Below are positions 51,544 to 63,635 of a DNA stretch of 64,000 nt, piece after piece. The stretch is from Heptranchias perlo. Its lineage: Eukaryota. Location: positions 18,600,001 to 18,664,000 of the forward strand of contig NC_090326.1 of NCBI RefSeq assembly GCF_035084215.1, given 5' to 3'. The notes below the pieces were generated by a model that searched no databases, was not told the DNA's origin, and saw nothing but the letters and a program-made list of their open reading frames with translations. How positions within the stretch are numbered: the stretch's first letter is position 1; every line of letters begins with the position of its first letter. The translations under genes and the position numbers were made by a program.

Positions 51544-51627
51544 GTTCTGGGGAAATCAGTTAGGAGACCGAGGTGCAGAAGCCTTTGCAGAAGCGTTAAA
51601 AAATCACCACAGTCTGAAGAATCTGAG
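51544..51627 (+). CDS. NOD1: NOD1-like copy B, LRR exon 4 (FWGNQLGDRGAEAFAEALKNHHSLKNLS)
   Basis: 84 bp, flanked by cag and gtaac. Confidence 0.96.
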
Positions 51628-51692
51628 GTAACTAAGTTGATTATCATGTGGCATTTGTGTGCACAACTTCCTGAATGTTAGAAGAGGCATTT

Positions 51693-53185
51693 ACGCCTCT
51701 AGCCGAACTGTTCCAGTACAGCTACAACACTGGCGTCTACCCGACAATGTGGAAAATTGCCCAGGTATGTCTTGTCCACAAAAAAAAGCAGGACAAATCC
51801 AATCCGGCCAATTACCGCCCCATCAGTCTACTCTCAATCATCAGCAAAGTGATGGAAGGTGTCGTCGACAGTGCTATCAAGCGGCACTTACTCACCAATA
51901 AGCTGCTCACCGATGATCAGTTTGGGTTCCGCCAGGACCACACGGCTCCAGACCTCATTACAGCTTTGGTCCAAACATGGACAGAAGAGCTGAATTCCAG
52001 AGGTGAGGTGAGAGTGACTGCCCTTGACATCAAGGCTGCATTTGACCGAGTGTGGCACCAAGGAGCCCTAGTAAAATTGAAGTCAATGGGAATCAGGGGG
52101 AAAACTCTCCAGTGGTCGGAGTCATACCTAGCACAAAGGAAGATGGTAGTGGTTGTTGGAGGCCAATCATCTCAGCCCCAGGACATTGCTCAGGAGTTCC
52201 TCAGGGCAGTGTCCTAGGCCCAACCATCTTCAGCTGCTTCATCAATGACCTTCCCTCCATCATAAAGTCAGAAATGGGGATGTTCGCTGATGATTGCACA
52301 GTGTTCAGTTCCATTCACAACCCCTCAGATAATGAAGCAGTCCGTGCCTGCATGCAGCAAGACCTGGACAACATCCAGGCTTGGGCTAATAAGTGGCAAG
52401 TAACATTCGCGCCAGACAAGTGCCAGGCAATGACCATCTCCAATAAGAGAGAGTCTAACCACCTCCCCTTGAAATTCAACGGCATTACCATCACCAAATC
52501 CACCACCATCAACATCCTGGGGGTCACCGTTGACCAGAAACTTAACTGGTTCAGCCACATAAATACTGTAGTTACAACAGCAGGTCAGAGGCTGGGTATT
52601 CTGCGGTGAGTGACTCACCTTCTGACTCCCCAAAGCCTTTCCACCATCTACAAGGCACAAGTCAGGAGTGTAATGGAATATTCTCCACTTGCCTGGATGA
52701 GTGCAGCTCCAACAACACTCAAGAAGCTCGACACCATCCAGGACAAAGCAGACTGCTTGATTGGCACCCCATCCACCACCTTAAACATTCACTCCCTTCA
52801 CCACCGGCGCACCGTGGCTGTAGTGTGTACCATCCACAGGATGCACTGCAGCAGCTCGCCAAGGCTTCTTCGACAGCACCTCCCAAACCCGCAACCTCTA
52901 CCACCTAGAAGGACAAGGGCAGCAGGCACATGGGAACAACACCACCTGCACGTTCCCCTCCAAGTCACAAACCATCCCGACTTGGAAATATATCGCTGTT
53001 CCTTGATCATTGCTGGGTCAAAATCCTGGAACTCCCTTCCTAACAGCACTGTGGGAGAACCTTCACCACACGGACTGCAGTGGTTCAAGAAGGCGGCTTA
53101 CCACCACCTTCTCAAGAGCAATTAGGGATGGGCAATAAATGCAGCCCTTGCCAGCAACGCCCACAACCCATAAACGAATAAAAAA
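51693..53185 (+). mobile_element. 5'-truncated copy of the LINE family at 30840-33928
   Basis: Highly similar to 32440-33928; RT with a frameshift and a stop; same tail. Confidence 0.95.
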
Positions 53186-53859
53186 GGAAAAAAATGTGCC
53201 GTGACAAAAAGCTTAATTCTACATCTTCACGTCCAGTTACTTTTCCACCAAAAGACATGTATGGGAAAAAAAGAACTTTACCAGTCAATATTAAACGATG
53301 AGAAGGCTCTCTTAAAAAGGGTAAATGGAAGAAAATATATCCTCGCATCATGAATGACTTACACCATTTATAACCAGAAATACTTCATGGGGTGATGCTG
53401 GGTAGAAATGACTAAAATAATGCCTCACTCTTGATCTCAATTGGCATTCCATGGGAAGGAGGGAAAATCACAAAGAGTCAACTCAGCTCTTGGGGATCTC
53501 CCTCTGTGGTTGGTTCCAAATTAACATTGGTGGAGACCTAAGAGTAGGCCGTCCAGCCACCTCTCTCAGCTGCAGTGGTTCATGTTGCAGGGAGACCATT
53601 AGAAAGAGCAAGGGAAGAAAATACAAGTGCCATAAAAAGGATTTTAACTCTAACCGAAACAAAAACCAGAAGCATTTAGTTGCGTCTCTGGACCTAGAAG
53701 ATCAGTATTTATTTCTATCCCTGTCAAGTATTGCTTCAATTGCTTCACATATCACAAAGGATGTCTCATTTTTTCTTTACCCTATTTCCATTGAATTTTC
53801 AGCAGCTGGATTCAGTTACAACAACTTTAAGTTTACAGTTCATGTTTTCAATGCTATTC

Positions 53860-54405
53860 CAATGCTCTCCTGGCTGGCCTCCAACCATCCTCCTTCTGTA
53901 AACTTCAGCTCATCCAAGACTCTGCTGCCCATATCCTAACTCGCACCAAGTCCCATTCATCCATCACCCCTGTGCTCGCTGACCTACATTGGTTCCCGGT
54001 CCGGCAACGCCTCGATTTTAAATTCTCACCCTTGTGTTCAAATCCCTCCATGGTCTCACCCCTCCCTATCTCTGTAACCTCCTCCAGCCCTGCAACCCTC
54101 CGAGATCTCTGCGCTCCTCCAAGTCTGGCCTCTTGCGCATCCATGATTCTCATCGCTCCACTGTTGGCTGCCGTGCCTTCAGCTGCTTAGGCCCAAAGCT
54201 CTGCAATTCCCTCCGTAAATCTCTCCACTTCTGTACCTCTCCTCCTTTAAGTCACTCCTTAAAATCTACCTCTTTGACCAAGCTCTGTGTCCTAATATCT
54301 TTTTATGTGACTCAATGTCAATTTTTTGTCTGATAACGCTCCTGCGAAGTGCCTTGCGATGTTTTACTATGTTAAAGGTGCTGTATAAAAGCAAGCTGTT
54401 GTTTT
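53860..54405 (+). mobile_element. L2 LINE 3' fragment
   Basis: LADLHWFPVRQRLDFK, SLHGLTPPYL and RAFSCLGPKLCNSL motifs; (GTT)n tail. Confidence 0.9.
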
Positions 54406-54502
54406 TGTTTTATTCCTTGAATTCTAAAACCTTTCTAAGTCACAGTCAAGGCATAGATTCACTGCAAAAGAAAATCAATCACTTGTTTCCATATTTTCCC
54501 AG

Positions 54503-54586
54503 CCTTGCAGCAAACCAGATCTCATCAGAAGGCAGCAAGCACCTGGCCAAGGCACTCTGCAAGAACAGCTCACTGAAGATACTCTG
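54503..54586 (+). CDS. NOD1: NOD1-like copy B, LRR exon 5 (LAANQISSEGSKHLAKALCKNSSLKILW)
   Basis: 84 bp, flanked by ttttcccag and gtata. Confidence 0.95.
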
Positions 54587-55189
54587 GTATACACAGGCAT
54601 TTAGACAGATGCTCAGCATGCTGATTGATAGTTGAACACTGAAGGCAATTCCAACATCAAACTAAAAACAATCACTAAGGGAAAAATGTACTTTTCTGTT
54701 CACTTGTTCCAAAAATAATTGAGTAAAAGTCAAATGTTAATAGCAGTTGGTCAGAATTACAAGTTTAATGGAAATTAGTTTTAATATGTTTATTTGATAT
54801 TTAAGAATATTCAGCTTCCATAGAATTAAATTAAATTAAGGTGACATTTTATAAGAAACATACTAACATATTTTTTTTAATTTAAAACATTCTTTTTAGT
54901 AAGAACCCAGTCACGTTGCTGCAAAGTTAAGGACAAGGTTTAAATGCATAAATTAACCTTAATCCATGTTCAATGTAGTGACACGTGTGGATTTAGAGTG
55001 AAAACTGGATTGTAACCAGTGACTACCAAGTTTAAAGAAATATCTTGTATTACTAACTTATATCACTGTGTTTATAAGTAGTGATTATTGCTCTGGATTT
55101 ATGACAATTTACTACATTTTTCAAAAATTGTTTATTACAAATCACCTCCATGCCAAATTGGACATGGAATAGTTATGAACCTAGGAACT

Positions 55190-56657
55190 GCTCACAATTC
55201 CAGGATCACCACCCCCACCCGCTTCTCTTCTCCACTTAAACCCCTCTCCCCTCCACCCTCACCTCCAACAACAAACATGAGGAGCTCGTGGACTTCTTTG
55301 TCACTAAGATTGAGACCATCCGCCCAACTGTCTCTGCTGCTTCCCTCCCTTCCCCTAGTCCACCAAGCCAAACTTCCCCTACGGTCCCCCACCCATCCTA
55401 GCCCTGAACTCACATCTTTCTCTAGTTTCTCTCCTATCTCCCCTCATGCCTCTCCAAGCTCACCTTGACCATGAGACTCACCTTCCGCTCCCTCAACCCT
55501 ATTCCCAGTAAACTACTGACCACCCAACTTCCCTTCCTGGCCCCCATGTTAGCTGATATTGCTAATGGTACCCTCACCTCAGGTATTGTCCCCCTCCTCT
55601 TCAAACCTGCTGTCATTCCCCCCCCTCAAAAAATCCACCCTTGACCCCTCTGTCCTTGCAAACAACCGCCCCATCTCCAATCCTCCTTTCCTTTCCAAGT
55701 CCTTGAAGGTGTTGTCGCCTCCCAAATCCATGCCCACCTTTTCTGCAACACCATGTTTGAATCCCTCCAATCAGGTTTCCGCCCCTGCCACAACACTGAA
55801 ACAGCCCTTATCAAAGTCACAAATGACATCCTATGTGACTGTGACCAGGGTAAACTATCCCTCCTCATCCTTCTCGACCTGTCTGCAGCCTTTGACACGG
55901 TTGACCACACCATGCTCCTCCAACACCTCTCCTCCGTCGTCCAGCTGGGTGGGACTGCGCTCGCCTGGTTCCATTCCTATCTATCCAGTCGTAGCCAGAG
56001 AATCACCTGCAATGGTTTCTCCTCCCGCTCCCGCACCGTTACCTCTGGAGTTCCCCATGGATCTATCCTTGGCCCTCTCCCATTTCTTATCTACATGCTG
56101 CCCCTTGGCGACATCATCCGAAAACACAATGTTCACATGTACACTGACGACACCCAGCTCTATCTCACCACCACCTCCCTCGACCCCTCCACTGTCTCTG
56201 ATTTGTCACACTGCTTGTCCAATGAGCAAAAATTTCCTCCAACTAAATATTGGGAAGACCGAAGCCATTGTCTTTGGTCCCTGCTGCAAACTCCATTCCC
56301 TAGCCACCGACTCCATCCCTCTCCCTGGCCACTGTCTGAGGCTGAACCAGACCGTTCGCAATATTGGCATCCTATTTGACCCTGAGATGAGCTTCCGACT
56401 CCATATCTGCTCCATCACCAAGACTGCCACTTCCACCTCTGTCGCCCGTCTCCGCCCCTGCCTCAGCTCATCTGCTGCCTGTATCCTAACTCGAAACAAT
56501 CACCCATCACCCCTGTGTTCGCTGACCTACACTGGCCAGTCTTAATATCTCCTTATGTGGATCGGTGTCAAATTTTGTTTGATTACGTTCCTGTAAAGCG
56601 CCTTGGGATGTTTTACTACGTTAAAGATGCTATATAAATGCAAGTTGTTGTTGTTGT
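55190..56657 (+). mobile_element. L2 LINE RT fragment with internal deletions
   Basis: QSGFRPCHNTETAL, LILLDLSAAFDTVDH, GVPHGSILGP, YTDDTQLY and LQLNIGKTE motifs; (GTT)n tail. Confidence 0.93.
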
Positions 56658-56729
56658 CGTGAAGAGATATTCCCATCAGGAACACATACTTTGGATTTGC
56701 AATACTGTGATTTATTTTCCCTCTTGCAG

Positions 56730-56813
56730 GTTGACACAAAACAATTTGGATGATGAAGCAGCTGAAAGTTTTGGAGAAATGCTGAGAGTTAACTCATCTC
56801 TGGAAAAGTTATG
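56730..56813 (+). CDS. NOD1: NOD1-like copy B, LRR exon 6 (LTQNNLDDEAAESFGEMLRVNSSLEKLW)
   Basis: 84 bp, flanked by ttgcag and gtaat. Confidence 0.96.
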
Positions 56814-58618
56814 GTAATATTTAATAGACACCCCTCCCCGATGGGGGACTTGCACTCTTTTCATGTCACAGTACTGTTGCCAGAGGCTGAAGCTGTAGAA
56901 TAAATCAGGCGCCGTGCACCACTGTAAAGGAACGTCTCAAGATTTCTTTATTTTGGTTGCTTGGCTCCAGAGACGAAGTGCAAACAGCCACCAGACTGCC
57001 ACTTGGTCCCAGCTGTGAGTAGGTGGAGCACTCAGGCCACCCATGCAGAACAGAAATGGTGTTTGCATATTGCTGGCCTTCTGACCCCTCCCCTCACGTT
57101 GGGGAATGTCCACACCATGACCCTAAAGGTGCAAATGCAACCTTTGAGCGACTGCACCTATGGAGGATTGCACATGCTCAGTTGCTTTAAGATTGTGTTT
57201 TTGACTTTTGAACCACTTGCACTTAGATATCACCTTTTAAAAATGACAAAATATCCCAAGGGACTTCACAAAGTGGTGGTGAAGGGGAGTCAGATAACAA
57301 GTGAGAGTTGGGGAAAGAGTAAGGAGAGGTGACCGAAGAGGTAAGTTTTGAAAAGGATTTAAGATATGGAGAGATGATGGAGAAAAGTGAATGGGTTTAG
57401 GAGAGCTCCGAGAAGGGGAGCAAGATGGCTGATGGTGCTTCCAGCAATGGCAGAGTGGCGGATGTAACCTGAGTTATGGGTTGCAGAGAGAGGCTGGTGC
57501 AAGACTGTGGCAGGAACTCTAAAGGAACGAGGATTTCGAATTCAGTTATTCTGGCGTTATCGCCAGTGCCAAATCTTCCCTGTAGCGTGAGGGCGGTAAA
57601 TTCAGAACAATCCCCCATGTCGCATAGCAGCTTCCACTGGGTCCAGGTACCTACCTACATGTCTGTTAAATGGTTAACAAGAGATCGTTGAGAGCGGTTT
57701 CCCCCCATTTTTATGTGGAAGTTCCTGCTTGTTGCCAACCCTTGATGGTCCAATTGAGATTGGGGCCTCATCTTGGGAAGAAATTTATATCCGAACTCCC
57801 AATCCTGCTCCCTCCCAACCCCCACATTATACTGTGTGATATCACCAATGGAAGGCATTGGAATAGGTTGGGACTAGCACTGTTCCTGTTCTTCAGGTAC
57901 ACCTATCATTCTGTTGCAATCATACAGAACACTAAGTTAAGAATAATTTTAGCATATATTCCGGATGTAGAACCAGAAAATAATGTGTAGATTGGAAATT
58001 AATTCCGTTGTGCTTTTCTCCCCAACTTACCTTCAATTCAAGAACATTTTACAAAATAGCAAAAGCTCAATGTTAGCTCCAAAGTGTTCTCTTCTTTGAA
58101 ATGATCCAGTTTTGAGCACACGTTCAGATGGGTTTGGAATATGTGTTGTTATTATTAGAAGACAGGGAGGCCCAATATCTGGAGAGCTTCGGGCCTCACC
58201 ATTCAAACACGGGGGTGCGCGAATTTACCCTCACATCACCGCCCCCCCCCCCCCCCCCCGTCGCGCCATCGCTCGTGCCCAGAAATGGTTGCGGCCCAAT
58301 TTCTAGGCCAACGTATTTAACACTCTCCAAACAAAACTTACAACAGCTGTTCACAATATTTTCCTAAGCAGCCATCAGTATCGTAAAGATCAGATTCTGA
58401 GTGATTAATCCTTAGGCTGATCTATGCTCAATCTGAACCAGTTTGGATTAGTGATGTTCTACTGAGTTTGAAATTCTATTGCATTTCTACGCTCAGTAGT
58501 TCAGTCTCAATGCGCCCCAGCCCTGCACATTCAGTCGGTTTGCAGGAGGTGGCATTGTATCTAGTGTGCGGGTGTGGTCGCAGGGCAAATCGCCAAGAAT
58601 GTGATTGAATTTTTGCAG

Positions 58619-58702
58619 GTTGATTGAAAACAAGATAACAACCCATGGAGCTACGTATCTCCTCAACTCGCTCAGAGAAAACAACGCCATAGATGAGATC
58701 TG
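58619..58702 (+). CDS. NOD1: NOD1-like copy B, LRR exon 7 (LIENKITTHGATYLLNSLRENNAIDEIC)
   Basis: 84 bp, flanked by ttgcag and gtaag. Confidence 0.95.
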
Positions 58703-59489
58703 GTAAGGCAAAAATCTCAATCAGCATTTCTGTCGCGTTAGTGAGCGTTCAGTGGAATCCACTTGATACTGAATTTTAATCAAGTCACAAGGTCAGGCAG
58801 CTGGCAATTCTAGGTTATTTAACCAGGTTTCTCCCCTTTCTCTTGAAGCTATACAGACCCTTCAGGCACCTACCCAGTACCCCATCAACAGTCTTTATAT
58901 GTCAACCTATTCAGTGAATGTCGGCAGGCTATGTAATCAGAGGCAGGTATCAATGCCAAGCCAGATATCCTGGCCTCCTCCCAGTGTCCACACACTGGTC
59001 CTTTCCTAACCCAGGTTATTGCATCAAGATTAGGAGGAAGAACTGCCTCCCCAGCTCAGTGGCACTGACGCCAGTTGTAGCGTCCCCACTGCTACCCCGA
59101 CTGAATCACCTAATTTAACATAGCCTGACCGAGCCTTTGGTTCAGTGGTAGCATTCCCACCTCTGAGTCAGAGGGTGCAGGGTTTGATCCCTAATCCAGA
59201 CAGTCCAGGTGGGTGGAGACCGGAGCTCCGACTCTGAATTCTGGGCTGACATCCAGTGAGATTCTTGTGTCCGGTGGGTGTGGGTTTGGGTGCCCCCCCC
59301 CCACCTTCATCGTATGGGTTGTGGGAGCCTATAAAACCCACTGCTGTAGAGGAGAAACTCCCCTATTGGCTGGTGTAAAGATGGTTACAGCTATGGAAGG
59401 TATGTTCACGTTGCAGACTGCTAATCAGCCTGCAAATCCTTCCACTACTCCACACTGTTCTCCCAGGAAAGAATGTGAATATATAAGAT

Positions 59490-59770
59490 GGATTTCTTTC
59501 AGAAAATAATATTTTGGATACAGTATATGAAGACGACGTGGTAAGTGTAACATGCTTGGGAGGAACAGGTGACTTTGGACCTCTGGTTCCCAAAGCTGTC
59601 CACCACTGGGAGTTTACCTCATGTCTGGGTCTGTTGTAGACTAATTGATAGAGATTGATTGCTACGACTAGTCAACAACTCCATTATCATTGTATCATGT
59701 GACTACCAGGATGGTCAAAGGTGAACTAGATGGACCTTGGTCTTTTTTCATCTAGCAATTCCAATGTTCC
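59490..59770 (+). repeat. Interspersed repeat (probable CR1 3' UTR); second copy at ~47130-47430
   Basis: Both share GGTTCCCAAAGCT..CATGTCTGGGTCTGTTGTAGACTAATTGAT..CTAGATGGACCTTGGTCTTTTTTCATCTA. Confidence 0.7.
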
Positions 59771-60928
59771 TTTGAAAGCAGCACAGACTGGGAATTGAAC
59801 CTGGGACCTTCTGGTCTCTATAGATCAGTCACCCACTTCCTTTACTAACTGATCCATTGGATGAGCTCAGGAATTCTACATACAATCTATTATGAGCACT
59901 TCTCCTGTGACACATTTCTCAATCTCACTATACTGAACGACGATGAGATAGCTTTTCTATGCAGATATATAACTTTCACTTTGAAACCTGGTGTTACATT
60001 CTATTGAGATAATCTAATACAATAAAACATTTTTTGGCTTTTAAAACAATATTAAAAAATTACTGGGGTGGAGGGAAGGGAGATAGCAAGGAGGCACCAA
60101 TGAGTGGGACTCGGGAAGCTGTGTTCCAAGATCAACCGTTTCTGATCTGTCACTCAGCTTTAGAGGAATTGGTGATACTTCAGGCTAGAACCAAAGGAGA
60201 TGGGATTTCCGTCACACTTCTGGTAAAGTTATGGAGGTGTGTGGAGGTAAAGTTATGGAGAAAATGGGAAAAAAAGCAGAGTTTTATTTTGATGATTTTT
60301 CTCCTGGGTTGCTTGCTGCAGTGAGATTAATCTTCAATTCCTGGAGACTCCAGGACAATGCGGAGGGTCGGCGATCCTAATAATGATGTGATGCTTTGCT
60401 GGTTGCTGAGGCTGGAGCTGTCTGATCAGTCAGTGGTTGAGGTGATTGGAACTGTCGCACCTCAATACCAACAGGGGGAGAGGCACCTCGATTCACAAAG
60501 ATCAACACATCATATTCTGCAGTGTTCCTTTACTCCCTTGCCCCAACAGAACATTGGCCTATTTGTGCTTTCAGTTTGCAAATCTTCCTGCATGCACCAG
60601 TCTACAATTGAGAGTAGAAGCAGTGCAGACTGGCCGTAGACTGGATTTGGTCAGATCCGTGATCTCCGGTGGTTTGCAGAATCAGCTTTGGTTGGATCTG
60701 GTGCAGAACCCTTAAGGATCCAAGTGCCCTGGGAGCCAGTATAAATGTGACAATCAGTCACTACATTATCTTGTGTATGGTTGTTCGTTACCAGTGTTGG
60801 GATATTTTTCATCGTTTTATTAGATTTTTAAAAATGCTTCATGAGGGAAGTAAATCTAGTTCCTGGCACTTTTGGTCTATGAGAAAAGTAATAAATGCCA
60901 CTTGCGTAATCTGTTGTTTCTTTTTCAG

Positions 60929-60998
60929 CCTAAAGGATAATCGAATTCCGCCAGAAGATGCTTTGCAGCTTGTGAAAGACAAACGCATCGTCATCTAG
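60929..60998 (+). CDS. NOD1: NOD1-like copy B, terminal coding exon (LKDNRIPPEDALQLVKDKRIVI*)
   Basis: Strong acceptor tttttcag; 70 coding bp. The spliced CDS totals 2829 bp = 942 aa plus stop. Confidence 0.93.
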
Positions 60999-61039
60999 GC
61001 CGCTCCCGGAACTGTCACTGTTTGCAGCACTAAGGATCG

Positions 61040-61460
61040 GTCTTGGTTCAGTGGTAGCCACACCAGAACTAGAGTACATAATCCAGGCTAACACTCCCAG
61101 TGCAATACTGAGGGAGTGCTGCACAGTCGGAGATGCCGTCTTTTGGATGAGATGTTAAACAGAGGCCCTATCTGCCCTCTCAGATGGACGTAAAATATCA
61201 CATGGCACTATTTCGAAGAACGACGGGGATTTCTTCCCGGTGTCCTGGCCAACATTTATCCCTCAACCAATACCTAAAACAGATGATGTGGTCATTTATT
61301 TCATTACTGTTTGTGGGATCTTGCTGTGTGCAAATTAGCTGCCGTGTTTCCTACATTACAACAGTGACTACACATCAAAAGTACTTCATTGACTGTAAAG
61401 CACTTTGGGACATTGAGTTTATGAAAGGAGCTATATAAATGCAAGTGCCTTTCTTTCTTT
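61040..61460 (+). mobile_element. Deu-domain tRNA SINE in the 3' UTR of copy B
   Basis: Core GATGAGATGTTAAACAGAGGCCC..CATGGCACTATTT..CCCGGTGTCCTGGCCAA and tail GCTATATAAATGCAAG. Confidence 0.82.
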
Positions 61461-62786
61461 TTTATTGTTTTCAAACATTCCCTAAAGTAGATGATTTCCT
61501 TGCCTTGCTTTAGTGGGTTCTAATTTGAGACAAGCACTGCTTCAGATCAGGGCTGCACTGACCTATACAGTCTGCTCTGCATTGGGCTCCAGTCAGGCCC
61601 AGTAGAACTCTGTGACTAAGCGTGCAGATCTTTGCTCACCAACAAAGTGCTGAATAAGTTTCTTGTGTTAATTTAAAAAACTTAAAGGACAAAGGTTAAA
61701 AAGTCTGTGGAGTACCTCGGAACTTTTAATAGTTTCCTTTGCAGCAGTTGCAGTATAATTGCAACTGACATGAAGGTGGAAGGACACCAGACATTGTCCC
61801 TGAACTGGCTTCACACCTGATTCCCATTGCAGTAAAACTAGACCATTAACTCTCAAGAGCTCATTTATACCACCATTGGACTGACACATCTAAAACTGAG
61901 GACCATTATAACATGTTTGGAAGGGCTACAGCATAGATGTACCAGAATGGAGTTAAGGTGCAGATCAGCCATGATCTGACTGAATGGCAAAAGAGGCTTG
62001 AGGGGCTGAATGGCCTACTCGTGTTCCTAATGTTCCTGTGTTTAGCTTTCAACATTTAGTGAAATCCCAACTAGGAATTAACTGCCAACTAATCAATCAT
62101 TAGCTAACATATTTGGAAATATTTTGAGGGACGCCATCTCTGCTACTGGAGAAGATGAAGCAAAGAAAGAGCCACGTATCATTTTAACAAATAGATGACA
62201 TAACAACCGGTTTTATTGCAAACCGTACCATCACCAAACTGAACAAGGACAGGCCTGTTAATGAGTCAACAGAAAAGTGGAGATAAAAAAAAATCAGCAA
62301 GAAAGTGCAAATTTTAACCTCATACCTTAATTATCTCTGTGTATTCCACTCGCAGGTAAAACCAGCTCAAATCACTCATTGTATTAACATTGAATTTCTG
62401 AAGGACCATTTATAGCTCAGATGCTTAGCTTACCACATATAGATTCTTAATATGAATCATTCCCACATTACAACATTGACTACACTTCAAAAGTACTTAA
62501 TTGGCTGTAAAGTGCTTTGGGACATCCTGAAAAGGCGCTATATAAATAAGAGTTCTTTCTTTTCAATAATAGAATTTTGAGAGTGATTTACCCAGTACAT
62601 AACATATAAAACATCTTTGTACTCTGGCACATATTGACAATATGGTTTGGATGTACTAGATATAATATGCAACTTTATATGGTCTATTATATATTTAATA
62701 AAATGAAAACTGATGATAAAATGGTACTATAGTATACATTTTAATATTCGTGACACAGATTTATATTAGCTGTTCCAATTATTTTA

Positions 62787-62935
62787 TGATGTGGAGATGC
62801 CGGTGATGGACTGGGGTGGACAAATGTAAGGAATCTTACACCAGGTTATAGTCCAACAATTTTATTTTAAAATCACAAGCTTTCGGAGATTATCCCCTTC
62901 GTCACCTGATATATAACCTGGTGTTGTAAGATTCC
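62787..62935. mobile_element. Penelope-derived element with a short inverted arm
   Basis: Same terminus as the 35424 element. TSD TTCCAATTATTTTA (62773-62786, 62936-62949). Confidence 0.85.
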
Positions 62936-63317
62936 TTCCAATTATTTTAGATCAAGGGCAATCAGTAGAAAATGCAGTATCTTATTGCTAACAATACTTT
63001 ATTGCAGACAACTTCTAGAATATGTGCTTGTTTGCAGTGTACGAGCATATTATTTTGCATTTTAAAAGGAGAAGGGCCAAGGCACATAGTGCAGGACATG
63101 AACAAGACTGAAAAAGTGAAGATGGAGTAGATCAAATCATAGTGACTATCATCAACTGTGGGGTACCAGTGTTAAAATCAAGGATCAGTTGCTAGTGTTT
63201 GTATTGATCCTCTGGCAATTCCAACCATGTGGAACGAGTGTTTGACTGGACTGGACTGCTGCATCGCTGATTCATCCTGTTACAGAGTGAATTGAAGAGA
63301 AATGATCGAGATATTTT

Positions 63318-63635
63318 TCACCAGTATGTTTTGTCACCATCACTGCTGCTCTCATGCACCTTCTGGTACCTGATTTTAAAGAAAGAGAGGTGATAGTTTC
63401 GGTCACGACTGAGGGTCTGAGGGAAAGGAAGAAAAACGGACAGTCTTAGGTTGCCGTTGTACTGCTGGTGTTTGCCGCACATCGATGTTAAAGAGATTGT
63501 CAAACTGGGGTGCCGGATCCCCATCGGACACCAACTCACTAAAGCCAAGCAGTGCGAGATTCCACCCCCCAACCCGCCAGGAGGCAATCTCACATCAGTT
63601 TGAGCTTGCACCACCTGCAGTATGACTCCAGTCCG
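63318..63635 (-). other. Possible terminal exon of an unidentified convergent gene
   Basis: Non-repetitive 106-codon stretch behind an acceptor-like tttttaaattactgttgtgcag. A second acceptor ctctctttctttaaaatcag precedes YQKVHESSSDGDKTYW*. Minus-strand AATAAA at ~62998-63003. Confidence 0.25.

Noticed and set aside
55559-56545. 328-aa Ser/Pro-rich ORF
   Set aside because: Mostly an alternative frame of the C-rich L2 RT remnant.
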